Below are positions 1 through 11,989 of a stretch of DNA of 64,000 nucleotides, piece after piece. The notes beneath the pieces were generated by a model that was not told where the DNA came from, searched no databases, and saw only the letters and a list, made by a program, of their open reading frames with translations. The number at the start of each line of letters is the position of its first letter. Position 1 is the stretch's first letter. The DNA comes from Octopus sinensis (Eukaryota), in the NCBI RefSeq assembly GCF_006345805.1, contig NC_042997.1, positions 171,554,001 through 171,618,000 on the forward strand, read 5' to 3'. The translations under genes and the position numbers were made by a program.

Positions 1-689
1 AGAGGCTGGGAGCTTATTTCAGTTTTGGGAGTGAATCTTCATTACATGTCACTTGGTCACAAACACATGTCATATAGCTGCAATAGAATGCTGTATCATC
101 AACAATAATGTGATTTCTCTAAGACATCACTCAGTAATCTATCAAACCCCATTTATACATTTCTCAATACATACTGCCGTTATGACTTCCCTTCCTCATT
201 TTATACCTCCCTTGTAGATGGGTAGATTTACTAGTTATAATTACAGTTATATATATATATATAAGTTCAGCAAACAATTTAGATTCAAATGAATATGGTA
301 CTTAATTTAGATGCACCAAAATTTTTTATGGTGTTACCCATAAAAATATGCGGGGTGATTATAATAAAAGATAAGCAACAAGAATGAATCCGGTAATTTA
401 GATTCATTCTTGTTGCTTATTTTTGAGTATATATATATTTGTATTTCCTTTGCAGCAGCACACCTGTTTCTGTCTTCATTCCTGAGCTCTCTCTCTCTCT
501 CTCACCCTCTCTGTCTCTCTCTCCAGCCAGGTAACCTTGTATCTCCTCTACAGCAAGACACCTGTTTCTGTCTCTCTGCCTCACTATAACCTTTCATCAT
601 CCGACACAAGATCACCTCCTCCAATGCCTCCTCCACTCTCAAAAGAATTTTCTTTTTTGTCTTGCAAGTACTTGGTGACCCTGTTAGAG

Positions 690-990
690 CAGGTGCCACT
701 TAAAAGCACCCAGTCCACTCTTTAAAGTGGTTGGCATTTGGAAGGGCATCCAGCTGTAAAAAAAAACCTTGCCAAATTGACCTCGCCTATGCTTGTGCCA
801 CATAAAAAGCACTAAGTCCACTCTGCCAAGTGGTTGGTATTAGGAAGGACATTCAGCTGTAAAAATCCTGCCAAAACAGTTACAGAAGTCTGGTGCAGGC
901 TTCTGCCTGGCCGACTCTTGTCAAACCATCCTACCAATGCCAGCATGAAAGGCAGATGTTAAACGATGATGATGACGATTATGATGATAT
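690..990 (+). mobile_element. 5'-truncated RTE LINE 3'UTR copy with (GAT)n tail
   Basis: Degenerate match to the 3'UTR of the RTE at 61,462-62,430 (ggttggc.ttaggaagggcatccagctgta...gttaaacgatgatgat). Confidence 0.75.
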
Positions 991-1003
991 ATATATATAT
1001 ATA

Positions 1004-1288
1004 TATATAATATAAATTAGAGATAAAACCACTATTATGCAATTTAAACAATGATTGACATAAACCAAAACATAAATAACAAATAAAATATATTTTTATA
1101 GAAAATATAACTAAATCACAAAAAGTATAAACGTGAATAATCAGTATTGATTATTCATTTTTATACTTTAAGAGACTAGTTATATGTTTTTTAAAAATAT
1201 ATTTTATTTGTTATTTATGTATTGGTTTATGTCAATCATTGTTTGAATTGCATAATAGTGGTTTTATCTCTAATTTATATTTTATATA
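1004..1288. repeat. ~285-bp near-perfect palindrome (foldback/MITE-like)
   Basis: Left arm tataaattagagataaaaccactattatgcaatt...tgaataatc is the reverse complement of the right arm; centre near 1,145. Confidence 0.85.
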
Positions 1289-1358
1289 TTTATATTGTGA
1301 AATTTGATTTAATACTAAATTGAATTTTTCCCTGTAAGTTTGGAGTTATACTCACTAA

Positions 1359-1414
<56 letters not shown>

Positions 1415-1995
1415 TATTATTATTATATACACACACACACATATATCCTTTAAGCTCATTTACAGGAAATGTTTTGAATAAACATGTAAAAGCTCCTACT
1501 TTATTGTGCCAGCTACAGTCTAATGGTGCCAACTAATAATAACAGTCTTTTGCACCAAGCTGTGTCTATATAGCACACACACACACACACATTCACACAC
1601 GCACGTGCGCACATGCTCACACAGAGAAGGTGGGCTAATTTCAGTATCAAATTCACTCATAATGAATTGGTTGACTCGATGTCATGCAGTGGAACTGAAC
1701 CCATAACTATGTGGTTGGGAAGCTATTATCTTACCACATAACCACATCTGAACCATGAAATATGAAAAATAAAGAACTTGCTTAATGTTTAGAGTTTTGA
1801 TAAACCCAGCACTCCCTCAAACTACTCTACTTCCATATTAGAAGGTAAATGATATTTCTTCAGAAAATCTTTAAAATAAAATGAAACACACACACACATA
1901 TTTAATAATAATCTGTCCCAAAAATTATACACACACATACACACACACACACATACACACTCACACACACATACATACATACATACATACATACA

Positions 1996-2029
<34 letters not shown>

Positions 2030-2559
2030 CATACATACATACATACATACATACATGACAGGCTTCTTTCAGTTTCCATCTACAAAATCCACCCACAAGG
2101 CTTTGGTTAGGCCAGGGTTATAGCAGAACGCACTTGCCCAAGGTGCCATGCAGTAGGACTGAACCTGAAACAAGTAGACTTCTTACCACTCAACCATGTT
2201 TAGCTCACTGCAGAATTGAACATAATCCAATATTTCAACACAAAAAGACCAACTGTATGCAATTTAGGCATTGTAATTTCAGCAAATCTTTCGGAATTAT
2301 GCCATTGCTTAGCCCTAAGGTACTGCTATCTCCCTCCTTTCCTTTACACACACACTCTCTCTCTCTCTTCCAAGTTAAGACACTGTAATATCTGACAGCT
2401 ATAGTTAAAACAATCGCAGTTCTTTAACATACCCTCCCAAAATGTAAGAGATCTTCATAGATTAACTATCAACACTTTCAAATAATACTGATAAAGCTGA
2501 CTACCTGCAAGATATAGGGTTAGATTAGAGCTGAGCTGATGTTATAATATAATCCTTTC

Positions 2560-3150
2560 TACTACAGGCACACGGCCTGGATTTTGTTGAGAGGGGGACA
2601 GTCGATCACATCGACCCCAGTACTCAAGGATGAAAGGCAAATTTGATCTCAGAAGATAGCAACAAGTGAAATGCCTATTTCTTTAATACCCACAAGGGGC
2701 TAAACACAGAGAGGACAAACAAGGACAGACAAACGGATTAAGTCGATTACATCAACCTCAGTGCATCACTGGTACTTAATTTATCGACCATGAAAGGATG
2801 AAAGACAAAGTCGACCTTGGCGGAATTTGAACTCAGAAGGTAACAGCAGACGAAATACCGCTAAGCAGTTCACCCAGTGTGCTGATGATTCTGCCAGCTT
2901 GCCACCTATAATAACAATAACAACAACATAACATTCCTTTCTACTTTAAGCACAAGGCCTGAAATTTTGGGGGAGGGGACTAGTTAATTACATTGACCCC
3001 AGTGATTCACTGGTACTTAATTTATCAACCCCGAAATGATGAAAGGTAAAGTCAACCTTAGCGGAATTCAAACTCAGAATGTAGCACTGGGCAGAATACT
3101 GCTAAGCATTTTGCCCAGTATGCTAATGATTCTTCCAGCTCGCTTCCTAT
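2560..3150 (-). mobile_element. Cluster of tRNA-derived SINE family B copies
   Basis: Repeated gtcgaccttggcggaatttgaactcagaa and cccacaaggggctaaacac modules, same family as 10,172-10,587 and the 37-39 kb array. Confidence 0.8.
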
Positions 3151-3166
3151 AAAAACAACAACATAA

Positions 3167-3556
3167 TCTTTATATATAAAAGTAAGGTTGTGTGTCTGTC
3201 TCCTACGATTTAGATTCCTAACTACTCCCACATTTTGCGGTGCAGTTTAACTATCTTATAGTCGTGATTCATATCAAGCCCTTCTGGGTATTAGCGCGCG
3301 TCTACGATGAGTCTACGATTTTAAAAATAATTTACCATCATTTTCTTCCATTTTAATGCATTTTTTTCGCTATTATATAAGGGAAGTAACTCTCTAAAAA
3401 TGTCTACGATGAGTCAACGATTTAAAAAAAAATTTACCATCATTTTTTTTTCCATTTTTAATGCATTTTTTTGCTATTTTTTGGCTATAACTCTCTAAAA
3501 ATGCTTATATAGTTATTTCCCTTACAAACCCGAGCAACGCCGGGCGATACTGCTAG
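3167..3556 (+). mobile_element. Non-autonomous Helitron
   Basis: Starts TC after an A, ends CTAG before a T, has a subterminal hairpin cccgagcaacgccggg; both ends are shared with 57,887-58,399. Confidence 0.85.
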
Positions 3557-4275
3557 TATTAACTATAACAATAACATTAACCTATGTTACAGCAGCAGAC
3601 AGAGAAGACAATAAAAGCATCAAACTTTCTCTTTTACTAAATATCGAGCAGGAGATGAAGGTTGCAATACCATTGATTGTTGTACCTCAAATATAGCTAC
3701 ATGGCTATTGCCTAGTCTACTTTATTTTCAGTTGGGTGGACTGTAGTGATAAGGATTATTGCAGTTTCTTCAGGTCTTTCACCCTCAAGCTGCTATGTAA
3801 ATTGGTCCTTGATGCTGTGGGGTATTTCCTCCAGCTGGCACAAGATTTTACTTGTGGACCCCTTTGATTCCTATTTTGCTTGGATGGACCCGATAACTAG
3901 TTCTACTCTTTTACTCATTCAGTCAGTTAACTGTGGTCATACTGGAGCACCATCATTATTTACTTGTATAGATTGAACAACGTAAAACGTTAGAGGAAGA
4001 AACCTTGCTGTTTCTTGCAATACATACCAATACATACATCTAAAGCAAAATTTTTTCATGGACCCCAAAAATACTAACATAGTTCCCCAATTTATTATTT
4101 CTCTTGTGTGGATCCTCAAAAATCTTTGGCTGTGTGGTAAGTAGCTTGCTTGCCAACCACATGGTTCAGGGTTCAGTCCAACAGCATGGCACCTTGGGCA
4201 AGTGTTTTCTACTATAGCCTCGGGCTAATCAAAGCCTTGTGAGTGGATTTGGTAGACAGAAACTGAAAGAAGCCC

Positions 4276-4310
<35 letters not shown>

Positions 4311-4350
4311 CGTATATATATATATATATTGTCGTATATATAGTCTTGAC

Positions 4351-4929
4351 CACTGGTTCTCAACCAGAGTCCACATGACCCTAGGGGTAGGGGGCGTTAC
4401 TCTTTTACTCCTTTATTCTTTTACTTGTTTCAGTCACTTGACAGCAGCCATGCAGGAGCTCTGCCTTTCATCAAACAAATCAACCCCAGGACTTATTCTT
4501 TCCCCAAGACACCTGATGAAGGCTGGAGGATATATCAGCCGAAACGTTGTGTTAACAACAAACAAGATGAGGACAAAATCCGTCAAAATGTAAATAATGT
4601 AAATAATGTACATAATTACTCATCTCTTAAATATAGAACTGTAGTATTCTTTGTAAGCCTAGTACTTATACTATTAGTTTCTTTTGCTGAACCGCTAAGT
4701 TATGGGGATGTAAACACACCAACATCGGTTGTGAAGCAATGGTGGGAGGACAAATACAGACACACGTACTAGGCTTACAAAGAATAAGTCCTGGGGTGGA
4801 CTTGTTTGACAAAAGGCAGTGCTGCAGCATGGCCACTGTCAAATGACTGACACAAATAAAAGAGTAAAAGAGTAAAAGAGTAATTCCTGTTACCTTCAGG
4901 GTCATATGGACTCTGGTTGAGAACCAATA
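4351..4929. mobile_element. hAT-type MITE containing nested SINE and Penelope fragments
   Basis: TIRs cactggttctcaaccagagtccacatgaccc and gggtcatatggactctggttgagaaccaata; imperfect 8-bp TSD gtcttgac/gtcaagac. Confidence 0.7.
4508..4553 (+). ncRNA. Minimal type I hammerhead ribozyme in a Penelope-like pLTR fragment
   Basis: gacac-CTGATGA-a-ggctg(loop)cagcc-GAAAC-GTT-gtgtt: intact core, stem II, palindromic ACGT stem III and stem I. Confidence 0.75.
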
Positions 4930-6017
4930 GTCAAGACAATCTAATCCTACTCTTTAGATCTTGGTGGTGGTGTGACCATAGCAGCTCAGCAGGCTTAGAC
5001 AGCTGCAATGCCCAGCAAGCTGTAGGTTTTACATTGGAGTTATCTTCTCCTGCATGACTTGCCTTACAGAGCTGAAGCACCACAACTAACCTGGAGTTGT
5101 CAAAAAGGTATCAAACAGAGCACCAGAATGGCCAAGGGACTCCAGTCCTTGATTTGCTGTTGAGATTGATTCCCTGAGCCTTTTTCCTTTACATATGGTT
5201 GTAATATTCATATATGTAGTTGTAAGATTCCTGGACTGGATGATGTCATATTCTTAAGCAAAACACTGTAATCCTCCGATAGACTGGCGTTCCGTCCAGG
5301 TTAGGGGAGGGGATTTTTTACAACACATAATCTGGGAAACTGGCTTTAAACACCCATGGCTCAGGAAGGACCTTTAGTTTTTTGATCTTTTGAATTTCAC
5401 TCACAAGACTTGGGTTAATCTGAAGCTAAAGTCCAACACACAAAATGATTGTACCTGGGACCTCAGAATTGTGAACAAGAAAACTTCTTAAATATTTGAC
5501 TATCCCAGTATCCTTACACACATTTTTTTGTTTTTTCTTTTTTTCTCTTTGACTTGTTGAGTTTGGGTGGCACCATGTGTTATGACCTTCACGGGCCTTC
5601 TTAGAAGACCAATGAGATTGGTGTCGTTCATGTTCCTTTTGAATCTTTGCTTCTCAATACTTGCAGGAAAGACTTGTATATATGTGCAAGAGGGAGATCC
5701 ATGAAAGATGAAGTTCTAGAAAGGAAGGAAGGAAGGAAGAAAAAAAGGAAGGAAAGAAGAATGGAAGGAGGGAAGGAAGGAGAGAAGGCAGGAAGGAGAG
5801 AAGAAAGGAAGGAAGGAAGGAGAGAAGGAAGGAAGGAAGGAAAAAGGAAGTAGAGAAGGAAGGAAGGATAGATGGACACACGGATGGACAAACTTTGTCT
5901 CAAATGATAAGAAGATGTTTGTTTATGGCTTGAATGCCTTTGATCAAAGAACTGCTAAATCAGGGCTGATTTGGTTCTAAATCAGGGGCTGGTTTGGGTA
6001 TAAACAACATCGTCGTC

Positions 6018-6050
<33 letters not shown>

Positions 6051-6479
6051 GACAGCAACAACAAGGACAACAACAGTAACAACAATTAGGACTTAAGACA
6101 TGGGACATTAACACCAGAAGAACAATAGCCAACAATAGAAATAATTAACCAGAGCAATGAATTAATACATAAAAATAAAAACAACAAAAAAAATCTGTTC
6201 TGCTATATATGGCTTTAGAAGTTGGCCAGACATAGCAGTAACTGGTAATGTACTATTTCTGGAATATTTTATTTTCTTTCTTTCTTTCTTTTTTTTTTTG
6301 TTTTATGTTTTTTTTTTTATTATTTAACTATTTACAGACTGCTTTTAGGTATTCACAACAGAAATAAAACTGACTGATACTCTTTCTTCTTATGCTGCTG
6401 CTGCGGCTACTGCTGCTTCTTTTATTTATTTATTTACTTATTTATTTTTGCTTTTGCCTCCTTTACTCAGTTTTATCAT

Positions 6480-7240
6480 TATCTTTAACAATGCCATAAT
6501 CATCATCACCTCTGTTGTCGCTGATGTTGCCATGATGATGATCATGAGGATGAGAAATGATGATGTAGATGATGATGATGATGATTATCATCTTAATCAT
6601 TAGTACCACCACCACCACCACCACCAGTACAATCATCATCATAACTACATTGCTCTTCCTTCTCATTCCCCTCGTAAATATCGTCTTCATTTTCATCAGC
6701 ATAATGATGAAGATGATGATCATGATGGTGATGATGATGACGATGATGATGATGACAATGATGATGACAATGATGATGACAGTAATGATGATGATGACGA
6801 CGATGATGACGATGATGATGATGATGACGATGACAATGATGATGATGGTGATAATGATGATGATGATGACGACGACGACGATGACAACAACGATGATGAT
6901 GGTGATGATATTCCTCTTCATCATCATCATCATCATTATGCATAGGAAATCAAGGAAAATCATCACCAAGGTCATTATCAGTCTCAGTAGCTTTATCAGC
7001 ATCATCATCATCAGCAGTAGCAGTGAAATTAGCAGAATAGCCCACCACCACCACCACCACCACCATCACTACCACCACCATTTTCATCTTACTTTTTCTC
7101 GTTATCACAACTAATCACAATTACCACTACTACAACCACTACTATGATCAGTCTACTCACACCACCACCACCACCACCACAGCAATATGAAGGTCACCCA
7201 CAACAATACTAGTACCATCTGTTTAACGTAAAACATGGTC
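6480..7240. repeat. Compound (CAT/GAT/CAC)n trinucleotide microsatellite field
   Basis: Mixed trinucleotide runs in both orientations; produces the poly-M/I/H/D ORFs in the track. Confidence 0.95.
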
Positions 7241-7298
7241 TTCTCAGTAATATGCAAATATATATATATATGTATGAGTGTGTATATATGTTTGTGTG

Positions 7299-7329
<31 letters not shown>

Positions 7330-7358
7330 GTATGTATGTGTGTGTATATATGTGTATA

Positions 7359-7462
7359 TCATCATCATCATCATCATCATCATTTAACGTCCGCTTTCCA
7401 TGCTAGCATGGGTTGGACGGTTCAACTGGGGTCTGGGGAGCCCGAAAGCTGCATATTATATA

Positions 7463-7506
<44 letters not shown>

Positions 7507-7641
7507 GTATATATATGTATGTATGTGTGTGTATATATGTGTATATCATCATCATCATCATCATCATCATTTAACGTCCGCTTTCCATGCTAGCATGGGT
7601 TGGACGGTTCAACTGGGGTCTGGGGAGCCCGAAAGCTGCAT
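7359..7641 (-). repeat. Tandem duplication of a short RTE-3'UTR stub plus adjacent microsatellite
   Basis: Identical tttaacgtccgctttcc...cccgaaagctgca stub at ~7,381 and ~7,569, each followed by a (TA)n run. Confidence 0.85.
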
Positions 7642-7663
7642 ATTATATATATATATTATATAT

Positions 7664-7694
<31 letters not shown>

Positions 7695-8558
7695 GATAAA
7701 TGTAAAAAAAACAAAAACTGAGACAAGAACGCAAAACATTTAGAAGACGATACAAAATAACGGACGGGACATTCGAAGCCTTCGATCTTCAGTCAAGAAC
7801 CGGATCATCTTCGCAATTTCGGCTGATTAATTTTGAGATTGCTCTGACCTGACCAGCCCCAAAAGAAAATCTAAGCAAAGCACATTAGATTCCTTGAAAG
7901 AAAGCCTCGAATGTATACAAAACAAGGACGGGAACGAATAAGAATATGAAAATACGTAAAAACAATAATAATAATAATAACAAAAACACACCCTTTAAGT
8001 TCGTTTATGGGGACGCATTTTGAGAACACATATAAAAGATCGTATTTTATTATGCTGGCTATGGTTTGGTAATTCCAGCCTGCAACACCAATTTTATGGC
8101 ATCCTACTGAGCTGTGCTGATATAATGTAAGATTACTACATATATATATATCAGCCATCTTTTTTTTCTTATGTGACATTCTAAGGACTGGACGTCTTCT
8201 GTCCCTCTCTTCTATCTGTTTCTTTTTTCAAAGAAAATATTTCTTCCACCGTTCACTATTTCCCCCCTCTTTCTGTTTTGTTTCCTTGTATGTCTCCACT
8301 GTCCTGTTTTTGCTCCCAACTTTGACCCTCCGTAAAACCCGAAATTTATTTTGGAAGTTATGGGAGCAACTGTCTTTGAAGACTCATATTGTCATTGAAT
8401 GCTTGAAATGAGGAGTAAATAGACAGCCGACAACTGATGAAAGGTTGTTCTTTGTGTTACTTGTCCTGTCTTTAATTTTTTTTTCTTCTGTTGTTTGTGT
8501 ATTTAACTTCCTTGTTTTCGTACTTTAAGTTGTTTACAGTTGGTCCTGTAATCATATA

Positions 8559-8607
<49 letters not shown>

Positions 8608-8681
8608 TTTATAAAAAATTTTCACGTAATAAGATAAAAAAACCAATGCTGTTTAGATATTAGAGCATTTATCGATAGAAG

Positions 8682-8733
8682 GTCTTACAGCTGTTTCTAG
8701 GATATTTATTAATTATATCCCTTCATTGGAGAC
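8682..8733 (-). ncRNA. Degenerate (fossil) type I hammerhead motif
   Basis: Minus strand gtct-ccaatga-a-gggatat..atatcct-a-GAAAcagctgTA-agac: stems intact, core CTGATGA mutated to CCAATGA. Confidence 0.45.
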
Positions 8734-10171
8734 GGTGTGAGAGGATAGTTAAGTCATAGTTAGTTTAGATGTGATACAAATATATATATATATATATATA
8801 TATTATTTTATTTAACTGAACGCCACGTAAGAAAGAGGTCATCTTCAGCCTGCTGCTTGCAAACATGATGTCATGCCATTCCCCTTCCAGTCCCTTCATG
8901 ACATCACTCCCTCTCCCTTTTGGCCACTTGTCCTTTCTCCACAGATTTGTAACTGGAAGGGCATCTGTCTATGAAAAATTGCCTCAGAAAAAAATGTCCA
9001 ACACATGTGAGCATGAAAAAGACATAAAATATTGCTGCTGCTGCTGTTGTTGTTGTTAAGCAAAAAGACGGGTAAGGGTGATTAGATGATAGTCTAGGGT
9101 TTAGGCGCAGGAGACCCCAGACCTTGGGAAAAAAAAACTTTGGTGGTCTTGTAGTTGAGGGCACTTTGTTGATGCCCAACACCACTGGGAGGTGGCCTTC
9201 AAAGTCGCTGGAAATGGAGATCTCTGTGTCCAAATTCTTGAATGACTGCTGCTGCTGCTTCTGTTACTTCCACTGTTGATATCTAGGACTACATTTTTGT
9301 AGTCCTAGATATAACATACACTCATATAACATACCCCCTTACTTTTTGTTAAGACAGTAAGGGTATATGTTATATCAGAGAGAAAGACTTGGCTTTTATT
9401 TTGAGTAGATCAAACAGCTACATGGATATTACATTAGTATATATTACAAGAACACACATTTCAAACATATGACACTCACAATTTAATATTTCACATCACT
9501 ATACTCTTTGTTCAAATCCCTCCCACAAAAAAAAAAAAAATACACTGCTAAAAAACATTTTGTATTGCATGCTATTACCACAGGTATGGTTGTTTTTAAA
9601 GTTAGAGATTCACATACAAATTGTTGGAAGAAGCAAACCTTACAGCAGAGCACTTTTCTTTTCTGAGAGAGAGCGGAGAGTTAAGTGGTTAGTACATGAG
9701 ACAACCAAATGTCTAAATGCACAAGAAGTACTAATGGTATTAAGGTTATTATTTTCTAGACTGTTAACCTTGGTTTTAGACATGTATATCTACAATATGA
9801 AATTTGCACTACATTTTGATCAGCTATGTTGAAGTTATGGAATCTGTGATATGGTTATAAGCAGCATGCACTTTTCTCTGTAGATTGAATTTTGTTGCTT
9901 GAGCTGTATTTTGTTTTCTGGTTTGTTTAGAACAAGCCATGTTCTATGTCTGTCACAATATGCTTCTAGGGCTGTGTCAGTAGTTATGTATGCTTGTTGC
10001 TATTGCAGCATACTAATCCCTGAGTGGTTTAGAATTAGCTCAGTTCATATACATGTTAAGGAAAACTATCAGCATGAATTCACTTTGCTGCCATACTAGG
10101 AAGTGTTGGACCAAGGATCATGGGCAGACAAACACATCATTCAAAAAACGCCTGCAGAATTACCAAACTCA

Positions 10172-10587
10172 AGGTGGCGAGCTGGCAGAATCGTTAGCAC
10201 ACCGGGTGAAATGGTTAGTGGTATTTCGTCTGCCGTTATGTTCTGAGTTTAAATTCCGCTGAGGTTGACTTTGCTTTTCATCCTTTCGGGGTCGATAAAT
10301 TAAGTACCAGTTACGCACTGGGGTCGATATAATCGACTTAATCCGTTTGTCTGTTCTTGTTTGTCCCCTCTATGTTTAGCACTTGTGGATAGTAAAGAAA
10401 TAGGTATTTCGTCTGCTGCTATGTTCTGAGTTCAAATTCTGCCGAGGTTGACTTTGCCTTTCATCCTTTTGGGGTTGATAAATTAAGTATCAGTTATGCA
10501 CTAGGGTCAATGTAATTGACTTAATCCCTTTGACTGTCCTTGTTTGTCCCCTCTATGTTTAGCCCCTTGTGGGTAATAAAGAAATAA
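10172..10587 (+). mobile_element. SINE family B dimer
   Basis: tRNA-like head ggtggcgagctggcagaatcgttagc, then two bodies joined at aaagaaata|ggtatttcgtctg. Confidence 0.85.
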
Positions 10588-11011
10588 AAAATACCAAATT
10601 CAGAACTTAATGGTTACTATCAAAGAGACAGAGCATAGAATAAGCAATTTGAAGCTCAAAGAAGCCATTTTTATTAATAAACTGAAATTGGCAATTAGCA
10701 ATAGATGAGCGTTACTTCCTCCTGCACATCTGAACAAATGGCACTAACTCTTCCATTTTCTTCTGATAAAAAGGTATTATTCAAAAACATAAGAATATAA
10801 GCTGAAATATAAACTAAGTTGTCTTTACTTTTGTTTTCATTCTGTTTCAATTGACACTGCATTGAACAATTTTAACTTCTTATATAAATATCAATAAAAA
10901 AACACTTATATATATACATATATATATATATATGTATGTATGTAAATACATACATACATATATACATACACAAACACACATAAATATCTAAGCCTGCATC
11001 TGTGTGTGTTT

Positions 11012-11077
<66 letters not shown>

Positions 11078-11784
11078 ATACGGTGTGTGTCACTTGCAGA
11101 TTTTTCACCATTTATACCAGAATATGCTGATTAATCTATAGGCTTTAAGCTGGCTTTATAACATAGAGAAATAAATTTTCTCTTTATAGTATCTCTGATT
11201 TTACTCATGACATGTAACAACTGATAGATAGATCTAGGGTCAACAGAAGCTCATCCATTCCGTTCTTTAATGGCTTAGTAATTCTTAAAGAATGGGGAAA
11301 AAAAATATAATAATGTGTAAGAAATAAATGGTAAAGGGAGAATTCAAACTTGTAAGCAAGAATGTCAATCAATATTTACAGCCTGTTTTAAAATATCATT
11401 GCTGTAATGGATCCAAGACATCTACAAGACTGTATATCCATTTTGTGAAGGAAATGCATTTGAAGAAATACTTTTCAGGAATCTCATTGCCTCTGTCTTT
11501 TTGCGAGGAAAGGTTTAATTCTAGCCCAAAATAAAAATGAATATATACATATATATATAAACAAGTGTGTACACACACACACGTGTGCACACGCACACAC
11601 ACACATACACAGACACACACTCACACACACACACAATGGTGATGACGATGACGATGATGATGATGATGATGAGATATCTATATATATATATATATGTGTG
11701 TGTGTGTATAGGTATATATGTGTGTATACACACATGTAGATATATATAAACAAGGGTGTAGACGCAAGCACACACACACAATGG

Positions 11785-11826
<42 letters not shown>

Positions 11827-11989
11827 GATATCTATATCTATATATATATATGTGTGTGTATAGGTATATATGTGTGTATACATACACATGTAGATATTTG
11901 AATATTCTTGTGTGCTAGTGTATTATTTGTGTGTACTTCAGGTCATTTGGAGAGTAATTACATATTCCAATGCCATAAATTATAAGTCA

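Noticed and set aside
5710-5880. Arg/Lys/Glu-rich and Phe/Leu/Ser-rich ORFs
   Set aside because: (GAAG)n microsatellite translation.
6463-7114. His/Met/Ile/Asp-rich ORFs of 116-182 aa
   Set aside because: Open in several frames on both strands over a trinucleotide microsatellite; no splice or domain support.
7765-7800. Hammerhead (minus strand CTGAAGAtcgaaggcttcgaatgtc)
   Set aside because: No proper GAAA and no stem I; at most a decayed pLTR.
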